Assembly (NCBI RefSeq): GCF_009914755.1
Contig: NC_060945.1
DNA from: the human T2T-CHM13v2.0 reference genome, Homo sapiens
Direction: 5' to 3' (one strand)
Length of the DNA stretch: 64,000 nt
Shown: positions 15,875 to 28,202 of the stretch, in pieces
Layout of the letters: each line of letters opens with the position of its first letter
Numbering within the stretch: the first letter of the stretch is position 1
Program-made: the position numbers and the translations under genes
The notes under the pieces: generated by a model
Told to the model about the DNA's origin: nothing
Databases searched by the model: none
The model's input: only the letters and a program-made list of their open reading frames with translations

Positions 15875-16970
15875 AGGCAGGTCTCTAGTTAAGAATTGGT
15901 GCATGTACAAAGAAGGGTGGATAGAAGGGTTTATTTGGAGAAGGAAGAAGAAATCTTTGGTGCTCTTTAAAAATTGGCTGACAAATAGCAATGCTCTTTG
16001 CACCAAAGTCCAATTTGAATAGTAGGGATGTCCCTTCTTAATAGACTTACAAAAAAAAGCTGATATAAAAAGCACTTAATCTATTTTTAGAGCATCTTGG
16101 AGCTAGTGAGGGTGGCCATCACACTTTGTTATTGGACCATAAAGGTTTTGTCATTCATTTGCTTGAATGAGAAAGTGATTCTAGCCCACGATTTGATGTC
16201 TCTCCAGGGTGTTTCTTTCATGCTCTGGACCCACAGACTTCTACTTTAAAGCCCTCTGCTTGCCACTTGGTTACAATTCCATTTCTAAGGAGTGGGTTGG
16301 GACTCATTTTTGAAAAAAAGGAAACTGGCAAGCTTAAGATATTCTACCTGAAGAATGGTAGAAAATGAAAATATGATTATATTTATCCTCATACCAGAAA
16401 CAAAACAAAGCAAAACCCACAGTAACAGACTCATTGGTCCTGTTTAAATCCATGTCTGTTCACTCAGCTTGGAAAGTTCTTTAAAAATTGTGCAGTTTTA
16501 ATGTGATAATTATAAAGAAATATTGGATGTGAAATGGCACAGCCGAGAGAGAATCTTTAATGTAGACAGATGGCTTCTTTATAGGCCATTTCCAAAAAAG
16601 AAAGAAAAAAAGGCAAGTTACAGTTGTGGCTAGCACATTCTGCCTGTTTCTCTGATGGGTTCTAGTTTGGAATCCAGTCCCTAATAGTCTGTTGTGAGGT
16701 CAAAATGTCTGACAGTGAAGGAGTAAACCAGGCAGCACCCTAAATCCCAGCCACTGACTCCCGAAGAGAGTCAATAACCTTTAAAATGCGACATGATGAT
16801 GCAGTCAGGTATTCTGCAAACTATTTGGCTTCCAAAAACAAACCCATCTCATAACTCATAGATTATCCATGCATTTTATTTGAAAAGACGATTTTAGACA
16901 GAACAAGGCAATGAATGGAACTATGAAAGAATTCTCATTTCCCATAGTTGAAGTTGGAGTCAGAATCTAT

Positions 16971-17281
16971 TATTATTATTATTTATTTATTTATTTTATT
17001 TTTTGAGACAGGGTCTCACTCTGTCACCCAGGCTGGAGTGCAGTGGTGAGGTCATGGCTCACTTTGACCTCCCTGGTCTCAGGTGATCCTCCCACCTCAG
17101 CTTCTTGAGTCGCTGGGATTACAGGCACGCACTACTATGCCTGGCTAATTTTCGTATTTTTTGTAGAGATGGGGTTTCACCATGTTGCCTAGGCTGGTCT
17201 CGAACTCTTAGGCTCAAGTGCTCTGCCCACCTTGGCCTCCCAAAGTGTTGGAATTACAGGCATGAACCACCACGTCTGACC
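16971..17281 (-). mobile_element. Alu (AluJ)
   Basis: Reverse dimer; TSD agaatcta. Confidence 0.92.
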
Positions 17282-17677
17282 TAGAATCTAAATTGATGTT
17301 TGAGTCCCAGGGCAAATAATGTCCAATATGAGACTGGATTCTACCTCCCCAAAGCTTGCCACTTAATACCTTCTTCTGGTGTAGCCATGAACCATTTAGA
17401 GCTCCGCCTCTGGGACCAAGCTGTCAATTCAGCCTATTTTCCATGAAAACACAGTGGGAAATTATAATTGGAGATGTTGTCTTCCTTATGGTGTTTGATA
17501 TGTGTTTATGCAGAGAAAGGATATAAATCTAGCTTAGTTTTCCATGAGACAAATTCCCTTTCCTTTCAGTGGGGAGCAAATGATGACTAGTGGTTTATAG
17601 AATAAAAGGCAACACTTTCCTTTATTGTATGTTAAGTGATGAAGATTGTGGTAAACATTCTGTGTCTTTCTCTACAG

Positions 17678-18130
17678 TCTTTCCCTAATATTTGCCTTTT
17701 CTTTTAGAAAATGGAAGCTATGAAGCAACATTTCAAATGTCTCTCCACAAACCAAACTCAACAGAATACTTTGGCTTGAAGCCGGCACACCCAGGGTTAC
17801 TGAGGACTTATGCTGCCTGACCTGGTTAGATGTACATGGAGGTATCTCCCGAATCATACAAAATTAAATGTGAAGACCGTTTATGCATACCTTCATGTGC
17901 CTGACAGTCTTGGCTTTTGAAGATTTTTTTTTCTTTTTTGCTCTGCATAGCTAGACCATCTTATTAATAATACTCTGAAAAAAATGATTTCAAGGCATGG
18001 AAGTTCTCTGTGATACAACAATAGTATTTCTTCAAATGCGCCTTATGCTACTTATCTCAGAAACAGGTTTTAAAATGAAGTGCTTTCCAGAGAACCATCA
18101 TATAAATAAAGATTAATAGAAAAATATCTT
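17678..18130 (+). other. SH3BGR: Putative non-coding terminal (3'UTR) exon of SH3BGR
   Basis: Strong acceptor tgtgtctttctctacag ending at 17677; unique AT-rich sequence; ATTAAA at 17863 and AATAAA at 18105. Confidence 0.7.
18105..18110 (+). promoter_or_regulatory. Polyadenylation signal AATAAA (candidate SH3BGR 3' end)
   Basis: Canonical hexamer about 430 nt into the putative terminal exon. Confidence 0.55.
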
Positions 18131-19266
18131 GTCCCAAGGAGCATCATTTCATTATTTATAGTCTCTGCTTGCATATGCCTGAACTCCGTCTGTCTGTTGC
18201 CAAGTCTAAATCTTCAGCAGCACTTTTCTGTCTGCGTTGGGATCGATGTCTTTTATTGCACTGATTATTTGGTCCATGTTTTCAATTGCATTGATTGTCT
18301 CATTACGTCGTATTTTTTTTTTTATTACACACACGTTGTGCGTATCATCTTTGAAGCCTTATCTAACTGTAACTTTATCATCCACTTGTGTGGGGATGAT
18401 GGTAAGGAGGGATGATGGTAAGGACAGAAATCTGCAACCCAGTGCCCTTCACACGTTTCTGAGCTGAAGGGAGTGGCTGCTTCTGTTTCTCCTGCTGTTG
18501 ATTGATTTGTAGCCATGGCTGTGGAGACGGGTCCTGTAATTTTTCTTCCTGATGGCCAGGAGTGTGTGTTCACCTACAGCTGATCCAGCTCCAATGACTT
18601 GTACACCAGGTAAGTTTGATAGCATTTCTCTGCTCACCTGCCTGCCTCAGTTTACTGTAGATATTTTTTCTTCCTTGTAAGATTTTGATATTCCCCCTGC
18701 TACCTCCCTGCCTATGTGTGATTCCTTGTGTTTTTGCAGCAAATGTTGCTCCTGTATTGTCAGAGGGGCTCATCTCCTTGCTGTGCTCTTTTCCTATTTC
18801 ATGTTAATTATGGCAATTCAACTTGGAGTGGCATAAACTTTCCCCTCTGGAGTCTGCCTCCTAATTTTGCAGCAGAGTCTGTTGGTGTTATTTCAGAGTG
18901 TATTCTGCAGTTGCAGAAGTCTCGTGGCTGTCATGAACTCTGGGAAACGGCTCTTTTCTTGTTACCCTAGTAACAAAAAAAGGCATTTTGAATAGAATTA
19001 GGTTATTTTGTTTCCAATCATTGAAGTAGTCTGTGTTAAAAACATTTCTCCCTTTGCTTAAGGTAAAAGACCACAGTAAAATGGAAATTCATATAATTGA
19101 AAATTAATTTCTACTTTTAATTTCATTGCACTAAATTATGTCCTATCTAAAAAGCTTGCATAATTTTTACAACAACCCCCTACACAAATAGGCCTTAACT
19201 TTCTTCTTCTTGCTCAGGGCTGACTTTTCTCTCTTTCATGGCAGAGTAGGATGGAGATAGATTTAG

Positions 19267-19581
<315 letters not shown>

Positions 19582-20382
19582 TAAATATCTATGCTGACAA
19601 TAAGCAAAGATAAAAACCCAGACCACTTATTTAAATTGAATTAATTTTTTCTTATATTGTTTTCCTGTAGTCAGAAACATTAACATCTTAGAAGGGTATT
19701 TGTATTTGCTCCTGTTTCATTTTATTTAAAGTATCACTGAAATGCAAAAATCACTTAGATCAATAGTACCCTATGGATGGTATCAGTTCTCTTCTAGTTT
19801 TGGCTTCAGCTGTCCCTTCAGCCTTCCATGGTTAGCAATCCAGTGGCACAGTGAGGAGAATCCCAGATATGGACTGTATGGTATCAAAATACGATTAAAA
19901 AATCTGAATGCTTTTCAATATAGGAAGCTTCTAGAAACTAAGCAGCATTGTGAATCTGTAAAAAAGAATAACTCACAAGGAAACCCCAAGTGAATAAGGA
20001 AAATCATTTTGAAGAAAAACCAAAAGAGACCAGAGAAATGGAATAATTGCATGATGATCTGAAGTGAATCGAAGTTCAAAGAGCTTGGTTTAATAGTATA
20101 AAGGAGGCCTGAACACGCAAAGGAACTGTTTCTTTTCTTTCCTTTTTTTTTTTTTTAATTAGAAAAGCAACTACACAAAAATTTGAGTGTATTTTTTTTC
20201 CAGCCACTGAACAATACACTCTCCTTTCCCCACTCTCCTCTCCTGGGCTCCCTCTCGTTTCTTTGGACTGAAATCTTCCTTTGTGGTTGTCTTTGAGTTC
20301 TTAGTTTTCTCAATGAAATGTGAAAGGTATAGGAAGAGAATGAACTGTATTGCCTGCAAAGATTCTTTGGAAATATTTACAG

Positions 20383-20679
20383 ATTTTTTTTCTTTTTTTT
20401 TTTTTGGAGACAGTGTCTCGCTCTGTCGCCAGGGTGGAGCGCAGTGGCACTCTCACTGCAAGCTCTGTCTCCCAGGTTCAAGTGATTCTCCTGCCTCAGC
20501 TGCCGGAGTATCTGGGACTATAGGCCTGCACTACCATGTTTGGCTAATTTTTGTATTTTTAATAGAGATGGGGTTTCACCGTGTTGGACAGGCTGGTCTC
20601 GAACTCTGACCTCAGGCAATCTGCCCACTGCAGCCTCCCAAAATACTGGGATTACAGGCGTGAGCCACCATGCCCAGCC
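20383..20679 (-). mobile_element. Alu (AluS)
   Basis: Reverse Alu dimer. Confidence 0.92.
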
Positions 20680-20711
20680 TACAAATGTTTTCTTTCAAAA
20701 CTCATTTACCC

Positions 20712-21016
20712 GGGCCAGGTGTGGTGACTTATGCCTGTAATCCCAGCACTTTGGAAGGCCGAGGTGGGTGGATTGCCTGAGCCCAGGAGTTCAAGACCAA
20801 CCTGGGCAACATAGCAAGACCCCATCCCTACAAAAAATACAAAAATCAGCCAGGCATGGTTGCGTGTGCTTGTAGTTCCAGCTACTCGGGAGGCCAAAGT
20901 GGGAGGATTGCTTGAGCCAGCACTCTAGCCCAGCCCATTGATCACGCTACTGCTCTCCAGCCCGAGTGACAGAGCAAGACCCTTTCTCAAAAACAAAACA
21001 AAACAAAACAAAAAAA
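20712..21016 (+). mobile_element. Alu (AluJ)
   Basis: Forward dimer with J-type motifs; TSD-like ctcattta. Confidence 0.92.
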
Positions 21017-21097
21017 CCGCACCTCATTTAACTGTTAACACCTGTGCAAGCACGGCAAGTAGGTGTGAAGGGCCTGGTACATTGTAATAACAGAGAA

Positions 21098-21116
21098 TGG
21101 CCATTAGGTGGCGATA
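21098..21116 (+). promoter_or_regulatory. Candidate CTCF-binding motif
   Basis: tggccattaggtggcgata closely resembles the CTCF core consensus TGGCCASYAGRKGGCRSY. Confidence 0.5.
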
Positions 21117-21959
21117 AAAGACAAGCTTCTTGCTATGGTGTCGCTGCCCCCGAGGTCCCCTGGCTGTGAACCCGAGTCAGGGTACTGCTAGTTGACATTA
21201 GAAGGTGGGAAGAGGTATTTGTCAACCAGATGGAGGAAAATAGACAAAAACTCTACTTATAATTAATTTGTGAATTAATTAGTGTATCATTTATAAAGCT
21301 TTTATCCAAGATAACTTTATTTTGGGCCAAATGTGCATTTATTGTTTGAATGCACATCCTTGCATTATACAAAAGGAGCCTAAATTCAGTCAACAACTGA
21401 TTGCATGTTGACAATTTTGATAAAGATACGGGGTCTTTTAGCCTCTAATGGGGTTCTATCTTATCAAATAAGTAAAAACAGAACTCTGATTATTGAAGGG
21501 GTTGATTATCCTTTTCTTTCGCAAGACTTTTAGTTCGAATAGAACATATGTCCAAATATTTGGAAATATATTCACGATCCTAACAAAGGCATTCCTTTCA
21601 CAGTTGTCTAGGTTACTTGGCTTTTTCACTACTTTGTTTTGGAAGGACTTTCTTGGAAGTAGTAAAACTGAGTTGGGAAATCTTTAAAATGTATCAGTGC
21701 ATCTGGCTGTTTTCCAAATCAGAAGTCAGGAGATTGTTCAATGATGCGGAAATGTACTCAGGTGTGGAAGATTCCAGTTGGGGAGGGGCTCAGGTGGACA
21801 GGTGTGAGTAGCATAGAGGGGGCGTGGAGTGGGGGCTTAACCTGGGGGGCTCCTGGTTCCAGTCCGGCATTCTGTAGATTTAGCACCCGGATCTTGTCAG
21901 GGGAGGTGAGAGAAACCTCCGAGGCAGACTCCCATGAATCAAGCTCACAGTCTAGGCTT

Positions 21960-22150
21960 ACAATCAGGGTGTGGGCTTTCCTATTATTTTTATTCACTAA
22001 CACTAACGGAGTGCCTGCTATGAGCCGGGCTCTGTATTAAAGGCTTCGTGTGTTGCCACAGTAACCCGATGAGGTGGATACCATCTTTATCTGGCAAGGA
22101 GGAAACTGAGGCACCGGGTTTCAATTCAGTACTTCGGCAATGGCTGAACC
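21960..22150 (-). mobile_element. MIR
   Basis: gagtgcctgctatgagcc...gaggaaactgaggcac motifs. Confidence 0.7.
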
Positions 22151-23445
22151 GAAGCTGAGATATACCTGTGTCCCACTCCAAAGCCACGAACAGCCTTCCC
22201 AACAAGCCCTTTCCTCTCGGTCCTGGACCACAGTACGGTTCCTCTACGGTGCCTGGCTGGCCGTGGGCAGTGTGCGCCTTGGCCCCAGAGCGCCTCCTCC
22301 GCCTGGCTTTGGTCCTCGCATTCTGTCTTCAGACTCGATGCCGTTCGGGCCCTGGTGCAAGGTGCCTTGCCCTTCTCACTTACTATCCACCTATTTTGTT
22401 TTCTTAGTTGCACCATCAGAGGTCTATTCCATTACCTTCATCTTCCAGTTCTTTGGGCCGCTAGCTGTGGCCGCCACCACCAGCGCCAGTTACAGAGGGA
22501 ACTGGGTCACTGTCCACCCACAGGGTTCTAGAAATTGGTCAGTGGCCTCAGATCCGAAGTTTCAGGTTGCAGAGAGAAAATACTAAAACTGCCACCTGCC
22601 TTTTCCAGCCTGGTTGTCCTTGGATATATCTTGCCCACTGATGCGGAAGGACACACACACACCAATAACTCATTTGGTTCTGAGCTATCAACTGCCACGC
22701 AGTGATGTGCCAGAGTTGCAACCAGCCCCACATGGTATTTTTAGCTGAGAGAACAACTCCTTCTAGTTGAGGATGGTTTAATGAGTGCGTCTTAATCCCA
22801 TGACATGAATTTTAGTTCGTTTTGTAGCAGGTCAGGTTTCTCTGTAGTCCCTGCTTTTTAAAAAATTATTTTTAATTTTAAATTAAAAATTTTGTGGGTA
22901 CATAGGTGTATATATTTATGGGTTATATGAGATATTTTGGTACAAGCATGCATTTTGTTTTTTTGGGAAAGTTTTTATTTCTCCTTCATGTTTGAAGGAT
23001 ATTTCCACTGCATGTACTATTCTGGGGTAAGTATTTTCCCTTCAGCACTTCAAATATGCCATGTCACTTTCTCCTGGCTTGTAAGGTTTCTACTGAAAAG
23101 TCTGTTGGAGGTCCATTGTACGTTATTTGTTTCTTTTATCTTGCTGCTTTTAAGATCTTTTCTTTATCCTTGACCTTTGGGAATTTGACTATAAATGCCT
23201 CGAGGTAGTCTTCTTTGGGTTAAATCTGCTTAGTGTTCTATAACTGCCTTGTACTTGGATATTGATACCTTTCTCTAGGTATGGGAAACTCTGTTACCTT
23301 CCCTTTGAATAAACTTTCTGTCCCTACCTTTTTCTCTACCTCCTCTTTAAGGCTAATAACTATTAGGTTTACCCCTTTAGGCTACTTTCTAGATCCTGTA
23401 GGATTGCTTCATTGTTCTTTATTCTTTTTTCTTCTCTGTGTATTT

Positions 23446-26400
23446 TCTTATTTTTGATGCACTTTTTGTTTCAATAATTTTTGGGGTACAGGTAGTTTTT
23501 GTTTACATAGATACGTTCTTTAGTGGTGATTTGTGAGATTCTAGTGCACCTGTCACCCAAGCAGTGTACCTAATATGTAGGCTTTTATCCCTCAACCCCC
23601 TCCCAAACATCCCCTCAATCCCTTAAATTTCATTATATCATTGTTATGCCTTTGTGTCCTCACAGCTTAGTGCTCCCTTATAAGTGAGAACACATGATAT
23701 TTGGTTTTTGATTCCCGAGTTACTTCACTTAGAATAATGGCCTCCAGCTCCATCTAAGTTTGCTGCAAATGACATTATTTCATTCCTTTTTATGGATGAG
23801 TAGTGTTCCGTGGTTGTATATATACCACATTTTCTTTATCCACTTGTTGGTTGATGGGCACTTAGGTTAGTTCTATATCTTTGCAATTGTGAATTGTGCT
23901 GCTATAAACATGCATGCGCATGTGTCCATTTCATACAATAAGTTCTTTTCCTTTGGGTAGATACCCAGTAGTGGGATTGCTGGGTCAAATGGTAGTTCTA
24001 TGTATGTAGTCTGGAGATTCTTTTAAGAATCTCCATTCAGTTTTCCATAGTGATTGCACTATTTTACATTCCTACTGGTGGTGTAAAAGTGTTCACCATA
24101 TCTATACCAACATCTATTGTTTTTTGACTTTTTCATTATGGCCATTCTTGCAGCAGTAATGTAGCATCTCATTGTGGTTTTAACTTGCATTTCCCTGCAT
24201 TCGTGATGTTGAGCATTTTTTTTGTATGTTTGTTGGCTGTTTGTCTTCTTTTGAGAAATGTCTATTCATGTCCTTTCCCACTTTTTGATGGGTTATTTGT
24301 TCTTTTCTTGATGATTTGTTTGAGTTCCTTCACCAGTTATACTAGGTATGGCCATTTTACATAATCCCATATTTCTTGGAGATTTTGTTCATTTATTTTG
24401 ATTCTGATTGGGTTAATTCAAAAGCCTTGTCTTCAGGCTCTGAAATTCTTTCTTCTACTTGTTCTAGTCTATTCTTAAAACTTTTCACTGCATTTTGTAT
24501 TTCCCTAAGTGTGTCTTTAATTTCCAGGAGTTCTAATTGGTTTTTCTTTATGATACCCATCTTTCTGGAAAATTTTTCATTCATATCCTGAATTTTAAAA
24601 AATTCCTTTATTTTGTTTTTCACCTTTCTCTGGTATCTCCTTGAGTAGCTTAATAATCAATCTTCTGAATTCTGTGTCTGCTATTTCAAGGATTTTAGAT
24701 TGGTTTGAATTCATTGCTAGGGAGCTAGTGTGATCTTTTGGGGTGTTATTGAACCCTATTCTGTCATATTACCAGAATTAATTCTCTGGTTCTTTCTCAT
24801 TTGGGTAGACTATTTTTTCAAATTGTTCTTGAATGTATTTGACTGTATTTTTTTCTTTAATTTCTTTTTTTTTTTCTCTTAAGGGTCTGACTTCAATGTT
24901 TATAGTTTATTATAGCCTAATTTGATTCTTGGTGATTTTAGGGGGGAAGACTCCGTATGAGTTCCTTAGTTATAGAGAGTCTTTGTGTGCTGGCTTTCCC
25001 AGATGTTGGCTGTAGTATTTATGTACTTGGTGTATGGGCAAGTTCACTGTCTCCTACATGGTTGGAATAGCAAGGATCTCTTGAAGCTTATCTCATTCTC
25101 CCATTGTGAACAGTTTTTAAATGTATTTGATTTTTCCCCAGCATTTTATTTACTGAGTTGATGATTTAGGCTTCAGGCCAGTAGAGGAGGTAACCCTGGG
25201 TAGACACCAGTTGTAGCTAAAACAGGTAGGTAGCTGTAATACCCAGTGGTGGGCGCAGGTTCCAGCCTTGATGAAGGTGTCTGAGGGAGCTCTCAATTAG
25301 ATGTCTAAGGTTTTATCAGGGTAAAGGGTGGGAGCTACCTCAGCTCCCCTGCCAGGCCAGCAGGAAAACTACTTACCTCCCAGCTTCACTCCTGTCCCAG
25401 TGTTCTGGCTATTCAGATCAGACAAGCACTTCTTTTCATCTGTAGGAATGTTGATGTTCCAAGTAGAGAGGGGTTGTGACTCTGCCTCCCACGCAAGCCT
25501 AAATCTGAGGAGTGCTCCTCCTGTGGGGATGCTATCACCCTGAATTGTACCAGAAGGCTGACCATAGGTGCATCCATGCTGCATACCCATGAGAGAAGCA
25601 CCAGCTGTGTCTGCAATGGTGTACCAGAGAAGAACAAGAACCCCTTTTCCAAGACCCTTCATGTACAGACAGGCTGCCTGCCTACTGGGGCAGACTTTCC
25701 CTACTGTCCCTAGCAATGCAATTGTATCTCTGAAACTTCCCATTAGTGGATAGATCTGGGACTCAAGACCTGCTGTTTAGATTCTTTCATCTGGGTATTC
25801 TTCCCTTTGATGTTGTATTCCTCCTCTTCCCTAAAAATGGGAATTCCTGAGAACCATACTATAGGGATTGTTATTGCTCTCCTGGGTCTAGCCACCCAGT
25901 GGGGCTACCAGATTCCAGGCTGGTGTTAGGAAATGTCTACAAGGGATCCAGTAATGTGACCTGTCTTCAAGTCTCCCATCTGTAGATACCAGCACCAGCT
26001 CTGATGGAGGTGGCAGGGGAGCAATGTGGATTCTGTGAGATTCCTTGGTTGTAGATAGGCTTAGTGTGTTGGCTTTCTTGAATGCTGGTTATAATTGTAG
26101 TGAACTTGTCATGTGGATAGACTCAAGACCTCTGGTTAGCCAGGGTGCTGTATGCAGAGGTGATAGCTGAGGTCACATGACTGTTTTCTCCTTCCTGGGC
26201 ACAGTGTTATTCTACTCAGAAGTGCTACAATGGACTGTGTTGGTTGGCCTCCATCCAGGAGGTGGTGATTGCCAAAGAGCACTAGCTGTGGTAGTAACAG
26301 TGGGATTTGAGCTTGCCCTAAGTTGCCCTGGGAAAGTATTCTGGTTTCTCAGGCAATGGGTGAGGCTATAAAACTCCCCAAAATTTATGTCCTTTGTGTA

Positions 26401-27420
26401 AAGCTACTAGAGTGGGTGGAGGGGCACAACCAGGTTGGGGCAGGGTTAGGCAGGTCTGCACTCTGACTCTCCTTGAGCAGGGTTAGTGACAGCTCCCGCA
26501 AGGGTTGGGGAAATTTTTTTCATGCTGCTTGGGTAATGTTCTGGAGAGGAGCATAACTGCCTCTGCTGCACAGGACAGTTTGCAAAGGGAGTGGGGAAAA
26601 GTGGGTAGCAGTAAGTCTCATGCAGCTCCCATGCATTTGGCAAGGCTGATCTCACTCCTGCAGTACTCTGCTAACAGTGCTGGGTTAGATCCAGGCAGTC
26701 TGTGCACAGAGCTGCGCCAGGCCATCAGCTTCCCTGCACAGATAGCAATCTTGGCTTTCAGGTCACACTGTTCCCCATCTGCCCACAAGGCTGGGTACCC
26801 AGCTCCTGAGGGTAGTGTCTGTAGAGCACTTGCCATTCACCCCTCCCTAGATTCTGCTCAAGGGAATTTGTCCCCACCTGAGATTATATTATAAAATTCA
26901 GTTGAAAACTTCTTAATTCAGTTGAAAGCTTCTTTTAAGTTGTGACCCCTCCCTGAGTTCGTTGGCTGACTTCTCTGAGGACCCCTGTGGGATATAATCA
27001 GGAATGGCTTCCCCCAGTTCATGCTGGAGACTGGGAATGCCTGCAAGGCACTTCCTGCTGCTGCTTCCACTTTTATCTTTCATGTCACTCCCTGAGTCTG
27101 TTCCAGCTCTGGGTAGAGTTAAGACCTTCTCCCATGGCCTGGATTTTCAGATTCCATGGTGGGTGTGTGTGCTCTGGAGGCAGACTCTCCCCCTCTCACA
27201 CTCCGGGGACTTAAACAGTTTCTTACTTGTCTCATAGGGTAGGCTGCAGCCTGCCACTTCTTTCAAAGGTCTGTGGATTCTTTTGGTTTTCTTGTTAAGT
27301 TCCTGCTTTGATTCTTGGAAAAAAAAAATTCATTGTGAATCTCTACACAGTATTCTTTCCTTCCAAATATGAGAGACACACTAACACTGCCTCCGATCTG
27401 CCATCTTGGAAAAAAACCTG
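23446..27420 (-). mobile_element. Nested L1PB-type element with large internal deletion
   Basis: L1PB-like 3'UTR/ORF2 end (23460-24330) fused to the ORF1 coiled-coil (ORF 24393-24623, ...NRLEQVEERISEPEDKAFE) and a long 5'UTR; TSD ctgtgtattt at 23436 and 27422. Confidence 0.8.
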
Positions 27421-27505
27421 ACTGTGTATTTGCAAATAGCCTGTCTTCAAGCTCACTGATTCCTTATTCTGCTTGATCAATTCTGCTATTAAAAAACTCT
27501 GATGA

Positions 27506-27800
27506 GGCTGGGCATGGTGGCTCACGCCTGTAATCCCAGTACTCTGGGAGGCCGAGGTGGGCGGATCACGAGATCAGGAGATCGAGACCATCCTGGCTAA
27601 CACAGTGAAACCCCATCTCTACTAAAAATATAAAAAATTAGCTGGGCATGGTGGCAGGCACCTGTAGTCCCAGCTACTCAGGAGGCTGAGGCAGGAAAAT
27701 GGCATGAACCTGAGAGGTGGAGCTTGCAGTGAGCCAAGATCACTGCACTGCACTCTAGCCTGGGAGACAGAGCAACACTCTGTCTCAAAAAAATAGAACA
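27506..27800 (+). mobile_element. AluY
   Basis: gagatcgagaccatcctggctaac diagnostic; TSD aaaactctgatga. Confidence 0.93.
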
Positions 27801-28202
27801 AAACTCTGATGAATTCTTCAGTATGCCAATTGCATTAGAAGTCTACCTAGTATTCTATTGTACTGCAGCCAAGCTGGCACTCAAATCATTAGACACAGTC
27901 TCTCCCGTTTCAACAGGCAGAGGAGCCTCAGTCACATGGCCACTATTGCCACAGGCCCACGAGGAGTACTGCCAGGCTCCTGCCAACGTTCACTTAAGGC
28001 CCAAGGGCTCTTCAGTCAGTTTGTGGCTCTTCAGTCAGATTCTGGTTAGGCCCCAGGAACTAGAGTCTTTTTAAAAGCTCCCCCAGCCTGCTGCCTTGAA
28101 GGATGCTGAAGTCCCTGCACTTGCTAACACCAACAGCCCAGGGGAGCTGGGTCCTGCCTCCACCAGCATTCCAGTGGTGGAGCTTCAATGAGGCTGGGCA
28201 CC

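Larger units (their letters stand above)
22863..28025 (-). mobile_element. Old L1 (L1MA/L1PB4-like), internally deleted, hosting a nested L1PB and an AluY
   Basis: L1 3' end at 22863-22952 joined to ORF1-region sequence up to 23445; resumes at 27421 and runs into 5' sequence to about 28025. Confidence 0.7.

Noticed and set aside
22126-22586. 148-aa (+) and 96-aa (-) ORFs in the GC-rich segment
   Set aside because: No recognisable homology or exon structure; the ORFs overlap a MIR end and are expected by chance in GC-rich DNA.
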